A program made the translations under genes and the position numbers. Under the pieces are notes generated by a model. That model was not told the origin of the DNA. It saw nothing but the letters and a program-made list of their open reading frames with translations, and ran no database searches. A DNA stretch of 64,000 bases, taken from Candidatus Eiseniibacteriota bacterium. GTDB taxonomy: Bacteria; Eisenbacteria; RBG-16-71-46; SZUA-252. The DNA lies in assembly GCA_963740415.1 (NCBI GenBank), contig CAVUEC010000011.1:449380-513379 (forward strand), read 5' to 3'. Shown in pieces: positions 12,764 to 22,930 of the stretch (its first letter is position 1; every line of letters begins with the position of its first letter).

Positions 12764-13849
12764 CTATTCTTCCACGATCGTGAGCGCGATCTGCTTGAAG
12801 GTCCGGATGCTCACCTGCTGCGCGAGCGCCCCCGCGATCTGCGAGAACGCCAGGCCCGACGGCGAATCGGGGTCCGCCAGGACGACCGGCGTCCCGTCGT
12901 CGGAGTAGCGGCGGATCGCCGCGTCGAGCGGAATCTCGCCTAAGAACGGAATGTGGAGCGACTCCGCGGCCTTCTTCGCGCCGCCGTGCCCGAAGAGATC
13001 GTCCCGGCCGCCGCAGTGCGGGCAGACGTAGGTGCTCATGTTCTCCACGATGCCCAGAATGTGGACCTTGGTCTGCTGGAACATGCGGAGGGTCTTCATC
13101 GAGATCTGAAGCCCCACGTCCTGAGGCGTGGAGACGATCACGGCGCCGGTCACGGACGCGGTCTGGACCAGCGTCAGGTGCACGTCGCCGGTTCCCGGCG
13201 GTAGATCCACCACGAGATAGTCCAGCTCGCCCCAATCCACGCCGAGCAAGCACTGCTGGAGCGCCTTGTGCGCCATCGGTCCGCGCCAGATGAGCGGCTG
13301 ATCTCCGGGGCTCATGTATCCCATCGACATCAGCTTCACGCCGTGCGCGAGGCCGGGCTCGATCCGGCCGTCCTCGCGCGGCTCCGCGGGCTGTCCCGAC
13401 TTCATGAGAATTGGAACGCTGGGTCCGTAGATGTCGGCGTCGAGAAGCCCCACGCGCGCGCCGCTCCTCGCGAGCGAGACGGCGAGGTTCGCCGCGACGG
13501 TCGACTTGCCCACGCCGCCCTTGCCGCTTCCCACGGCGATGATGTTCTTCACGGTCTTCAGCACGCCCGTGTCCGGGGCGGGGGGACGGCGGACTTCCGC
13601 GGTCATGTTGACGTGGACGTCCGTGACGCCCGGAACGCCGGCCAGTACGGCCTGTTTCGACTGCTCCCGGAGGCGGTCTTTGACGGGGCAGGCGGGGGTG
13701 GTGAGGTTTACGTCGAAGGAGACCACCGATCCCTCGATCTTCAAATTGCGCACGAAGTTGAGGCTGACGATGTCCCGGTTCAGGTCGGGATCCATGACCG
13801 TGCGGAGGGCATCTAATACTTTAGCGGCGGCGATCGCGTTTTCTGTCAT
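12764..13849 (-). CDS. mrp: Fe-S cluster carrier ATPase Mrp/ApbC/NBP35 family with N-terminal DUF59/MIP18 domain
   Basis: Walker A GKGGVGKST, CPHC near C-terminus, N-terminal MDPDLNRDIVSL DUF59 motif. Start ATG at 13849 (MTENAIAAAK). The 773-aa six-frame ORF upstream of it is read-through in high-GC DNA. Confidence 0.9.
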   Translation of the reverse strand: MTENAIAAAKVLDALRTVMDPDLNRDIVSLNFVRNLKIEGSVVSFDVNLTTPACPVKDRLREQSKQAVLAGVPGVTDVHVNMTAEVRRPPAPDTGVLKTVKNIIAVGSGKGGVGKSTVAANLAVSLARSGARVGLLDADIYGPSVPILMKSGQPAEPREDGRIEPGLAHGVKLMSMGYMSPGDQPLIWRGPMAHKALQQCLLGVDWGELDYLVVDLPPGTGDVHLTLVQTASVTGAVIVSTPQDVGLQISMKTLRMFQQTKVHILGIVENMSTYVCPHCGGRDDLFGHGGAKKAAESLHIPFLGEIPLDAAIRRYSDDGTPVVLADPDSPSGLAFSQIAGALAQQVSIRTFKQIALTIVEE

Positions 13850-14044
13850 CAGGCACTCCCAGGGGCCAAGACTGCTCTCCCGTATTGGATGCGTGATGAT
13901 AGCAACCAGGTCTAAGCCTCCCAACGCCTTTCCGCCTCGGGCGTGGCCTCGAAGGCCTTCTTCTGGTATCGTGGCGGGCTCAAGTACCGTGCCCAACTGG
14001 CCCTGCGTGGGCCCCGGCGCGGCGGTTCCGGGCAAGGAGGGTGC

Positions 14045-15013
14045 ATGCCGGTTTCCAACGACGAGCTGAAGGGCCTCTACTACTACATGAACTTGGTCCG
14101 GCAGGTGGACGAACGCTGCCGGCGCCTCTTCAAGCAGGGCCGTTTCCACGGCACCTACTTCAGCGCGGTCGGTCAAGAAGCGACCGTGGTGGGCGCGTGC
14201 TACGGGCTTCGGCCCGAGGACGTGATCGGGATCCAGCACCGCGAGATCGGCGCCGTGATCACGAAGGGGATGCCGATCAAGTATCTCATGGCCCAGCTCT
14301 TCGCCCGCAAGGACTCCCCCGACCGCGGCAAGTCTCATCCCTGCCATTACGGCTGGAAGCCGGCCGGAATCATCACTCCCGCCTCGACGATCGCCGCCCA
14401 AACCGTCATCGCGACGGGTTGCGCGCTCGCGTGGAAGATCCAGAAGAAGGACAACGTCGTGGTCGCCTTCGCCGGCGAGGGCGCCACGTCGAACGGCGTG
14501 TGGCACGAGGCGCTCAATTTCGCGGGCATCCACAAGCTGAACTGCGTGTTCGTGGTCCAGGACAACCTCTGGGCGGAGTCGGTGCCCAAGCGTCTCGGCG
14601 TCCCCCTCGAGAACGTCGCCGACCGCGCGAAGGGCTACGGCTTCCCCGGGATCACGATCGACGGCAACGATCTGATGGTGACCTACGAGACATGCCAGGA
14701 GGCGATTCGCCGCGCCCGCCGCGGCGAGGGACCGACCCTGGTCGAGATGAAGACCTATCGCTGGTACGGCCACTCGGAGATCGACCCGGCGAACTACCGG
14801 ACGAACGAGGAACTGGAATACTGGAAGAAGCGGGACCCGGTCCCGAAATACGAGAAGTTGCTGATGGAACGCGGCGTCATCGACGAGTCGTACAAGCAGG
14901 CGACGCTGCAGCGGATCGAGCGGGAGATCGAGGAGGCGATCGAGTTTGCGGACAAGAGCCCGCATCCCGATCCCGAGGAGATCTTGGAGGACGTCTACGC
15001 CCCGCTCAACTAG
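14045..15013 (+). CDS. 2-oxo-acid dehydrogenase E1 component alpha subunit (TPP-dependent; PDH/BCKDH type)
   Basis: Homology pattern (GxxG...YRWYGHSE.DP). AGGAGG RBS at 14035-14040, 4 nt before the ATG. Confidence 0.9.
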   Translation: MPVSNDELKGLYYYMNLVRQVDERCRRLFKQGRFHGTYFSAVGQEATVVGACYGLRPEDVIGIQHREIGAVITKGMPIKYLMAQLFARKDSPDRGKSHPCHYGWKPAGIITPASTIAAQTVIATGCALAWKIQKKDNVVVAFAGEGATSNGVWHEALNFAGIHKLNCVFVVQDNLWAESVPKRLGVPLENVADRAKGYGFPGITIDGNDLMVTYETCQEAIRRARRGEGPTLVEMKTYRWYGHSEIDPANYRTNEELEYWKKRDPVPKYEKLLMERGVIDESYKQATLQRIEREIEEAIEFADKSPHPDPEEILEDVYAPLN

Positions 15014-15050
15014 CTCGGCGGGCAAGACCCCGCGCGAGACGCGCGTGGAG

Positions 15051-15512
15051 ATGGTGCAGCTCGTTCTGCCGAACGACGCGAACACCCTGGGAAACGTCCT
15101 CGGCGGGACCGTGATGCACTGGATCGACCTTGCCGCCGCCGTCGTGGCGCACCGTCACTGCCGCAGCGAGGCCGTGACGGCGTCGATCGACGAGGTGTCC
15201 TTCGAGGCGCCGATCCGAGTGGGCCAGCTCGCCGTCATCGAGGCGCGCATGACCTACACGGGCCGGACGTCGATGGAGATCCGGGTCGACGTGACGTGCG
15301 AGGACCTGGGAACCGGTAAGCGGGTGCACACGAGCACCGCGTATCTGACGTTTGTGGCGATTGACAAGCAGGGACGGCCCCGAGAGGTGCCTCCCTTGAT
15401 TCCGGAAACCGACGAAGAGCGGCGGGAGGCCAGCGCCGCAAAGGCAAGACGGGCACTGCGATTGAAAGGGCGGGCCGCGAGCGAGCCGCCACGGGAGAAA
15501 GCGCATCGATGA
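15051..15512 (+). CDS. Acyl-CoA thioesterase, hotdog fold (YciA/Acot-like)
   Basis: MVQLVLPNDANTLGNVLGGTVMHWIDLAAAVVAHRH...SIDEVSFEAPIRVGQLAVIEARMTYTGRTSMEI matches the acyl-CoA hydrolase hotdog family. Its stop overlaps the E1beta ATG (ATGA). Confidence 0.8.
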   Translation: MVQLVLPNDANTLGNVLGGTVMHWIDLAAAVVAHRHCRSEAVTASIDEVSFEAPIRVGQLAVIEARMTYTGRTSMEIRVDVTCEDLGTGKRVHTSTAYLTFVAIDKQGRPREVPPLIPETDEERREASAAKARRALRLKGRAASEPPREKAHR

Positions 15513-16540
15513 AGACCATGGAACCAGTTCAGACACCTTCGGCCGGAGCGGCAGACGTGAAAACGATGAACCTGATCGAGGCCATCAACCAGGGCCTCGC
15601 CGAGGAAATGGAGCGCGACGAGCGGATCTTCCTGATCGGCGAGGATATCGCGACCTACGGCGGCGTCTTCAAGGCGACCAAGGGCCTCTACGAGCGGTTC
15701 GGCCCGATGCGCGTCATCGACAGCCCCATCTCCGAGAACTTCCTCGTGCAGGGCATGGTGGGCGCCGCGATCGCGGGCCTGATTCCGTCCCCTGAAATTC
15801 AATTCGACGACTTCATTTCGCTCGCGGTCGACGGCATCGTCGAGCACGCGGCCAAGATGCGTTACCGCTCGGGCGGCATGTTCACGTGCCCCATGGTGAT
15901 CCGCTGCTGCTACGGCGGCGCGGTGGGCGGCGGGATCTACCACTCGCAGTCGAACGCGTCGTGGTTCATGCACGCGCCGGGCCTCGTGGTGGTGACGCCC
16001 TCGAACCCCCACGACGCGAAGGGCCTGTTGAAGGCCGCGTTCCGGGGGCAGAACCCGGTTCTCTACTACGAGCACAAGCGCCTCTACCGCACCGTGAAGG
16101 GCCCCGTCCCGCAGCACGACTACGTCGTTCCCCTCGGGAAGGCGGCGGTCGCGCGCCCGGGGCGACACGTCACGGTCGTTTCCTACGCCCTCATGCTTCA
16201 GCGCTCCCTCGAAGCCGCCGAGAAGCTCGCGCCGGAGGGAATTGACGTCGAAGTCATCGATCTCCGCACGCTCGTCCCCTACGACAAGGAGACGATCCTC
16301 ACCTCCGTCGAGAAGACGGCGCGCGCGGTGGTCGTGTACGAAAGCTCGAAGACCATGGGCGTGGGCGCCGAGATCGGCGCGATGATCGCCGAGGAGGGCT
16401 TCGGCTTCCTCGACGCGCCCGTCCGCCGGGTGTCGCCGCCGGACGCGCCTCAGGAGCCGTTCGCGCCGGTCCTGGCCGAAGCCTATCTGCCCGATGCCAA
16501 TCGGATCGCCCAGGCGATCCGCGAAACCGTCGCCTACTAA
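15509..16540 (+). CDS. 2-oxo-acid dehydrogenase E1 component beta subunit
   Basis: Transketolase-like pyrimidine-binding and C-terminal domains (RVIDSPISE...GGxxHSQS..., ending ...LPDANRIAQAIRETVAY). Confidence 0.9.
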   Translation: MKTMEPVQTPSAGAADVKTMNLIEAINQGLAEEMERDERIFLIGEDIATYGGVFKATKGLYERFGPMRVIDSPISENFLVQGMVGAAIAGLIPSPEIQFDDFISLAVDGIVEHAAKMRYRSGGMFTCPMVIRCCYGGAVGGGIYHSQSNASWFMHAPGLVVVTPSNPHDAKGLLKAAFRGQNPVLYYEHKRLYRTVKGPVPQHDYVVPLGKAAVARPGRHVTVVSYALMLQRSLEAAEKLAPEGIDVEVIDLRTLVPYDKETILTSVEKTARAVVVYESSKTMGVGAEIGAMIAEEGFGFLDAPVRRVSPPDAPQEPFAPVLAEAYLPDANRIAQAIRETVAY

Positions 16541-16573
16541 GCCGGCCCCGGCGGGCCGGCGTTGGAGGAAGGG

Positions 16574-17951
16574 ATGCCCGTCACCATCGTAGTGCCCCAG
16601 CTCGGCGAGAGCGTCGTCGAGGGCACGATCGGCAAGTGGCTGAAGAAGGTCGGTGATCCGATCGCGAAGGACGAGCCGATCGTCGAGATCATCACCGACA
16701 AGATCAACATCGAGCTTCCCGCCCCCACCGCGGGCACCCTGGGACAGATCGCGGTCGCGGAAGGCGTGGTGGCCCAGGTTGGCGATACGCTCGGCGTGAT
16801 CCTCGGACCGGGCGAATCGCTTCCGGCGGGCGGCGCTCCGGCGGCAAAGGCGCCGGCCGCATCCGCGGCCCCGGCGAGCGCGCCCTCGAGGCCCACTCCC
16901 AGTGCCCGCCGCACCGGCCCCCGCGATGTCCGCGCCCGCGACGATGATGACGGGCACCGCGGTCGCAACCGCGCCGCCCTCCACCGACGGCGCGAGGCTC
17001 TCGCCCGCGGTCCGGAAACTCGCCAAGGAGCACAACCTCGACGTCTCGCAGATCCGCGGCTCCGGCATGGGCGGCCGCGTGACCCGCGAGGACGTCTTGA
17101 CCCACATCGAAGGGCGTCGCGTCGCGGTTTCGGCCGGCATCGGTGCCGGAACCCCCGCGTTCGCGGCACCCGGCTTCGCGCCGGCGCCGGCCGCGGCCCC
17201 CAAGCCCCTCTCGCCGATCCCGATGCCCGTCCTGAGCGCGCCCGGCTCGCGCGAGGTCGAGGTCAAACCCCTCACCAACATCCGCAAGAAGATCGCGGAG
17301 AACATGGTCCGCTCGCGGCACACCACGGCCCACTGCTCCACCTGGGAAGAGGTGGACATGACCGCTCTCGTGGAGTTGCGGGGACGGCTCAAGGACAAGG
17401 TCAAGACCCAGTACGGTCTGAATCTAACGTACATGCCCTTCATCATGCGGGCGGTGACGCGGGCACTCAAAGAGTACCCGGTCCTGAACGCCTCGATGAC
17501 CGACACCGAGGTCCACTACAAGAAGTACTACGACATCGGCGTGGCGGTTCACCGCGACCAGGGACTGATCGTTCCGATCGTTCACGACGCCGACCGGAAG
17601 AGCCTTCTCCAGCTGGCCGCCGAAATCGACAATCTCGGCGCCCGCGCCCGCGCCGACAAGCTCACGCTCGACGACATCCAGGGCGGAACCTTCACGATCA
17701 CGAACGCCGGCATGTTCGGGGCGACCGCCTCGACGCCGATCATCAATTACCCCGAGGTCGCCATCCTGGGCGTGCACCTGATCCAGGAGCGCGCCGTGGT
17801 CCGCGACCACCGCGTCGTGGTCCGGTGGATGATGACCCTCGTGATCTCCTTCGACCATCGCCTGGTCGACGGCACGCCGGCCGTGATGTTCCTCCACCGC
17901 GTCAAGGAGCTGCTCGAAGACCCGGATAGCTGGCTCCTCGACTCCATCTGA
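16574..17951 (+). CDS. Dihydrolipoamide acyltransferase E2 (lipoyl domain + E3-binding domain + catalytic domain). Apparent +1 frameshift near 16900 in the Ala/Pro-rich linker
   Basis: Lipoyl domain (VPQLGESVVEGTIGKWLKKVGD...IITDKINIELPAP) in frame 2. E3BD (LSPAVRKLAKEHNLDVSQIRGSGMGGRVTREDV) and catalytic domain (...DHRLVDG) in frame 0. Confidence 0.8.
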
Positions 17952-18664
17952 TGTCGCGCTCCATTCCCCTCTACGACTTGGGCCGCGTTCCCTACCGCGC
18001 GGCCCTTGCGTTTCAACATCGCGCGGTCGAGCTGCGCTCGCGCGGCGAGGCGCCCGACGTCCTCTACGCGTTCGAGCACGAGCCGGTGCTCACCGTGGGC
18101 CGGTCCGGGCACGACGAGAATCTCCGCGCGGGGACGGCCGAGCTCGCGCGCCGCGGCATCGAGGTGGTGCCCGTCGAGCGCGGCGGGGACGTGACCTATC
18201 ACGGCCCGGGCCAGATCGTCGGTTATCCCATCCTCTCGCTGGACGGTCTTCCCGGCGGCCGCGATCTCCATCGCTTTCTCCGCGACATCGAACAGGCGTT
18301 GATCGAGTCTTTGCGCGCGTTCGGCATCCGCGCGGACCGCAAGCCTCCCTACACCGGCGTCTGGGCGGGAGATCAAAAGGTCGCCGCGATCGGCGTGGCG
18401 GTGCGCCGCTGGGTATCGTTCCACGGCTTCGCGCTCAACGTGGACCCGGATTTGAGCCACTTCGATCTCATCCACCCGTGCGGCATCCGCGATCTGGGCG
18501 TGGCGTCGATCCGCTCGCTGACGGGCCAAGCTCCCTCGCGCGAGGCGGTTCTCGCCGAGCTTGCGGCCGCGTTCTCCCGCGTCTGGGAGCGGCCGGTCCT
18601 CTTCCCCGCTCCGCTCGAATCGGCTCCCGACGTTCCGCTCCCATCGGAGACCGCGCATGTCTGA
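17951..18664 (+). CDS. lipB: Lipoyl(octanoyl) transferase LipB
   Basis: Homology (…AFEHEPVLTVGRSG…GGDVTYHGPGQ…HGFALNV). Start codon overlaps the E2 stop. Confidence 0.9.
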   Translation: MSRSIPLYDLGRVPYRAALAFQHRAVELRSRGEAPDVLYAFEHEPVLTVGRSGHDENLRAGTAELARRGIEVVPVERGGDVTYHGPGQIVGYPILSLDGLPGGRDLHRFLRDIEQALIESLRAFGIRADRKPPYTGVWAGDQKVAAIGVAVRRWVSFHGFALNVDPDLSHFDLIHPCGIRDLGVASIRSLTGQAPSREAVLAELAAAFSRVWERPVLFPAPLESAPDVPLPSETAHV

Positions 18665-20082
18665 GACGAAGGCCGCCGCGAGCCCGAAGCCGACCCGGAC
18701 CGAGAAGGATTCCCTGGGCCCCCTCGAGGTCCCGGCCGACGCCTACTACGGCGTCCAGACCGCGCGCGCCGTCGCCAACTTCCCGATCAGCGGCGAGCGG
18801 CTTCACATGGAGATGGTGCGCGCGGTGACCCGGATCAAGATCGCCGCGGCGCGCGCCAACGCCGAGCTCGGCGTCCTCGATCGCAAGAAGGCCGACGCGA
18901 TCGTGGCGGCCGCCGAGGAGATCCTGGCCGGCAAGCACGACAACCAGTTCGTGGTCGACGCGTACCAGGCCGGCGCCGGCACGTCGTTTCACATGAACGT
19001 GAACGAGGTGATCGCGAACCGGGCCTGCGAGCTGATGGGCGGGAAGCAAGGGCGACCACGCCCTCGTCCATCCGAACGACCACGTCAACATGGCCCAGTC
19101 GACGAACGACGTGATCCCGACCGCGATGCGCCTCGCGGCGCACGCGCTGGCGGGACCCTCTGACGCAGGAGATGGCCGCCCTGGCCGCGTCGCTGGACCG
19201 GAAGGCCCAGGAGTTCGTCGAAATTCTCAAGTCGGGCCGGACGCATTTACAGGACGCCGTTCCCATCACGCTGGGCCAGGAATTCTCGGGCTATCGCGAT
19301 TGCGTGCTGGGCTGGCGGTCGTCGCTGGAGCGAAGCCGCGAAGGGCTTTTGGCGCTGGGACTCGGCGGGAACGCGGCCGGCACCGGGATCAACGCCCACC
19401 CGACGCTATCGCGAGCGGGTCGTCGCGGAACTGGCCAAGCTGACCGGGACGCCGTTTCGCTCCGCCCCGAATCTCTTCGAGGCGATGCAGAGCATGGCGC
19501 CCTTCGTCCGCGTCTCGAACGATCTGCGCGGTTTCTGCCTGGACCTCACGCGGATCGCGAACGATCTGAGGCTCCTCGCGAGCGGACCCACCACCGGCTT
19601 CGACGAGATCGTGCTCCCGCGCGGTCCAGCCCGGCTCCTCGATCATGCCCGGAAAGGTGAACCCGGTGATCGCCGAGATGACCAACATGGTCGCCTACCA
19701 GGTCCTGGGCTACGACACGACGGTGGCCTACGCGGCGCAGGCGGGGCAGCTCGAGCTCAACGTGATGATGCCGGTTCTCGCCCACAACCTGCTCCGCTCG
19801 CTCAGCCTCCTCACGTCGACCCTCCGCGTGCTTCGCACGGCGTGCGTCGACGGGATCACGGCGAACGAAGAGGTCTGCCGGCGGTACTTCGAGCATTCGA
19901 TCTCGCTCGCCACCGCGCTCAATCCCTACATCGGGTACGCGCGGGCGGCCGAGGTGGCGAAGGAATCGGCGAAGACGGGAAAGACGGTCGTGGAGATCGT
20001 GCGGGAGCAGAAGCTCCTCAGCGAGGAGCAGATCGCCAAGGTGTTTTCTCCGCAGGCGATGACCCACCCCGGCGACGGGTAA
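18657..20082 (+). CDS. Aspartate ammonia-lyase / class II fumarase family (AspA-like), with at least four apparent +1 frameshifts (~19065, ~19160, ~19415, ~19635)
   Basis: Five consecutive same-strand ORF pieces together give a collinear 475-aa AspA/FumC-like protein ([55 protein letters not shown]...LNPYIGY). Confidence 0.7.
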
Positions 20083-20128
20083 CGCTCACCGGCAGGCTCG
20101 CGCGGGCCAGGCGGCCCGCGGCCTCACC

Positions 20129-20761
20129 CTACAACTCGAATCCCAGCCCAACGCGGATCTGCGCGTTGTTCGTGTTGTCCATGTTGTTCAGGCTGTTCGC
20201 CGGCACGATGTGATAGGTCCCGACAATGGTCATTCGCGTCGCGTGCCCAACCGGATACCCCAGCCCGGCCCCTACGCTGAACCCCAGCTCCGTGCTCGAG
20301 TCCCCCGAGTGCGCTTGAATCAGGGCGTTGTCGACCGAGTAATCCCAGGTGATCCGGTACCAGCCCGCTCCGCCCTGGGCGAAGAAACTCGGACCCATCG
20401 TCGCGCCGAGATTCACCCGAAGCGCGGGGTTCAACCGGAGCACGTGCGCCGAGAACTCCTCGTGAAACGTCGTCGACGTCACCAGATCGTACGTGTCCGT
20501 GACGGCGGAGCCCAGGTCGTCCATGGAGAACTCGCCCCCGAGTGAAATGATCGAGGAGATCGGGTGCCAGTAGGACATGCCCAGAGACACGCTCCCGCCC
20601 ATCGTCTCGTCGCTCACCCCGATCGGGCTCGAGCACCTCGCGTAGCCCGCGCTGATTTCCATGCTGCCCGGACCGGATTCGGCGATCGCCGCCGCGGGAG
20701 CCGCGACCACGAGGACCGAGCCCAACAACCACACCCATGCATTCCGAACCGCGCGCTTCAT
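20129..20761 (-). CDS. Outer-membrane beta-barrel protein (OmpA-like barrel/porin family) with signal peptide
   Basis: Signal peptide MKRAVRNAWVWLLGSVLVVAAPAAA. Alternating beta-strand pattern and C-terminal GLGFEL. Paralogous to the next gene. Confidence 0.7.
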   Translation of the reverse strand: MKRAVRNAWVWLLGSVLVVAAPAAAIAESGPGSMEISAGYARCSSPIGVSDETMGGSVSLGMSYWHPISSIISLGGEFSMDDLGSAVTDTYDLVTSTTFHEEFSAHVLRLNPALRVNLGATMGPSFFAQGGAGWYRITWDYSVDNALIQAHSGDSSTELGFSVGAGLGYPVGHATRMTIVGTYHIVPANSLNNMDNTNNAQIRVGLGFEL

Positions 20762-20872
20762 TTCATCCCCCTCCACGGCGCGGCGGGAGCGTTGCGACCG
20801 CCCGCGGGCCGAAGCGAAACGGGGTGACGCCTCTCGGCGCCACCCCGCACGCGTACCCGAATCCCGAATCGA

Positions 20873-21454
20873 TTACAGACCGAAGCCGACACCGGCCTTG
20901 AACTCGAGGTAGTTCGTGCTCTCACCCTCGGTCGAGATCGAGTGCCACTGGCCCATCACGTTCATCTTCGTCTTCGGACCGACGGGGAAGCCCACGCCGG
21001 CGCCGAGGTTGTAACCGAACTTGCCCTGGCTGTTGTTATCAACGCCCGGCACGCTCGGCTCGATGCTCGAGGAAACGTTGTAGTAGCCGGCGCCGCCCTG
21101 AGCGAAGAAGCTCGGTCCCACCATCGAACCGAAGTTCGCGCGGACAGCCGGGTTGACGCGGAACACGCTGCCCGAAACGCTGGTCGGCGTGCCGCCGTTG
21201 TCGAAGTCCACCGAACCGAGGTTGTCATACGACAACTCGGCACCCCACGAGATGGTCGGGGTCGCAGAGCGCCAGTAGGCGGCACCAAACGAAATTCCGC
21301 CGCCCAAGGACTCGTCGTTCCCCGTGACGTCGGTCGAGGACTTGGCGTAGCCGGCGTTGATCTCCATCGTGCCGACAGGACCGGCGACCGCGGCCGAGGC
21401 AAACGCCGCCACACAGAACACTGCGAGAACCAAGGTCAGATGAATCCGCTTCAT
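20873..21454 (-). CDS. Outer-membrane beta-barrel protein, paralogue of the preceding gene
   Basis: Signal peptide. Shared blocks GPSFFAQGGAG and G(V/L)GF(G/E)L C-terminus. Confidence 0.7.
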   Translation of the reverse strand: MKRIHLTLVLAVFCVAAFASAAVAGPVGTMEINAGYAKSSTDVTGNDESLGGGISFGAAYWRSATPTISWGAELSYDNLGSVDFDNGGTPTSVSGSVFRVNPAVRANFGSMVGPSFFAQGGAGYYNVSSSIEPSVPGVDNNSQGKFGYNLGAGVGFPVGPKTKMNVMGQWHSISTEGESTNYLEFKAGVGFGL

Positions 21455-21641
21455 GTGCTTCCCCCTCCGTTATAGGTACGACTGAGAACTCCGCCCATCA
21501 CCCTAGGGACCGTCTCCCCGGCCTCCCTGGCCGAATCCGGCCCCTTTCCCGTGTCCGGCCTATGATCGGCACCCCGGGGAGGAAACTTGAGAGAGATGGT
21601 GGGGTGGGTGTCTCAGGCGTAACTGGCCATGCGACAAATAT

Positions 21642-22910
21642 TTACGCCTCTGGAATCTCCACTTCCGCGCGGGGAACGCGGCTTTCATCGACGTTCCGGA
21701 AGAAGATCCAATAGAGGATGGAGGCCGCGACATAGAGGCCCGCGGCGATGAGAAGTGGTTCGGCATAGCCCTTTCGCTCGATCAGGGCGCCTCCGATGTC
21801 GGCGCTCACGCTCCAGGCGAGGAACCAGGAGAGGGAGAGGAGGCTGTTCGTGACCGCGTGATCCTTGTCCCGCACGACCTCCATGGCGAAGTGGGCCGCC
21901 AGAGGCTGGTTCATGTTCATGATCGCGCTCCGGAGGAAGAAGGCGGCCACGACCAGCGGGAAACTGCCCGAGAGCGCGAGAACGACCATGAACGGGACGG
22001 AGCAGAGCTGAGTCGCCACCACGCCACCCACGAGCCCCAAGCGGCGCGAGGTGATCGGTCCGAAGAAATTGCCCAGCACCATGAAGCCCTGCATGGCCGC
22101 GAAGAGAAGGCCGATCTGGGACTCCGCGAGGCCGAAGCGATCTCTGAAGTACAGGTTGAGGAACGGGATGATCAAGCCGGCTCCGAGCCCGATGAGGGCC
22201 CCGGGCAGGATCAATTTGAGGTGGAGCGCCCAGTCGATCTCGAGGAGATCGCGGAGCTGCTCGCGCGGGCTGGCCGGCTTCTCCCCGGCGCTCTCCTTCA
22301 TCGCCCCGAATGGCACCGCGGACAGGAGCGTCAGGCCGCAGCCGGCGTAGAGCGTCCAGCGAAGGGTGAGCTGGTCGATCTCGGTGAGGGCGCGGAACAC
22401 GTGCGGCAGCGCCCCTCCCACGAGAGAGCCGACGATCGCCGATCCGAAGACCACGCCGTAGGACGCGCTGAATAGAAACGGCCGCACTTCGGGCTTCGCC
22501 TCGCGCATCACGACGGGCGCGACGGAGAGCCGGAAGATCGTGATGACCATTCCGGTGACAAACGCGACGGTCAGGAGAAGCTCGGGTGCTACGAGCGTCG
22601 CCTGGAGCACGTACCCCACCGCGGTCAGGACGCCCGCGAGCACGAGGAGGCGGCGCGCGGGCCAGCGCCGGAAGAAGAACGCCGCCGGCAGCGCGGCGAC
22701 CGCGGCTCCGATCGACACCTTCGAGAGGATCTGTCCGATCGCCGAGTCGGAGAGTCCCAGCGTGCGCAGATAGAGGTTATATAGGAGGGAGAATACCGAC
22801 TGCCCTAACCCAAAGAGGAACACGCCCCAGAGATAGAGCTGCGGGTTCCGGCCCGAGCCCCGCACCTGCGCGACGTACTCCCGGAGCGCGCTCCCGAGGA
22901 TCTTCACCAC
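21642..22910 (-). CDS. MFS transporter
   Basis: 422 aa with ~12 predicted TM segments and MFS-type loops. Confidence 0.85.
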   Translation of the reverse strand: MVKILGSALREYVAQVRGSGRNPQLYLWGVFLFGLGQSVFSLLYNLYLRTLGLSDSAIGQILSKVSIGAAVAALPAAFFFRRWPARRLLVLAGVLTAVGYVLQATLVAPELLLTVAFVTGMVITIFRLSVAPVVMREAKPEVRPFLFSASYGVVFGSAIVGSLVGGALPHVFRALTEIDQLTLRWTLYAGCGLTLLSAVPFGAMKESAGEKPASPREQLRDLLEIDWALHLKLILPGALIGLGAGLIIPFLNLYFRDRFGLAESQIGLLFAAMQGFMVLGNFFGPITSRRLGLVGGVVATQLCSVPFMVVLALSGSFPLVVAAFFLRSAIMNMNQPLAAHFAMEVVRDKDHAVTNSLLSLSWFLAWSVSADIGGALIERKGYAEPLLIAAGLYVAASILYWIFFRNVDESRVPRAEVEIPEA

Positions 22911-22930
22911 GGGCTACCAGCGCCCCCGGC

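Noticed and set aside
12764-15085. 773-aa minus-strand ORF
   Set aside because: Only the last 361 codons (from ATG 13849) encode Mrp/ApbC. The upstream part is stop-free read-through antisense to the E1alpha gene.
15254-17506. 750-aa minus-strand ORF antisense to E1beta/E2
   Set aside because: No homology, Arg/Ala-rich, fully antisense to strongly conserved genes.
20083-20128. CGGGCC-AGGC-GGCCCG inverted repeat between convergent aspA-like and OMP genes as an intrinsic terminator
   Set aside because: Short stem and no U-tract; cannot be supported beyond noting the palindrome.
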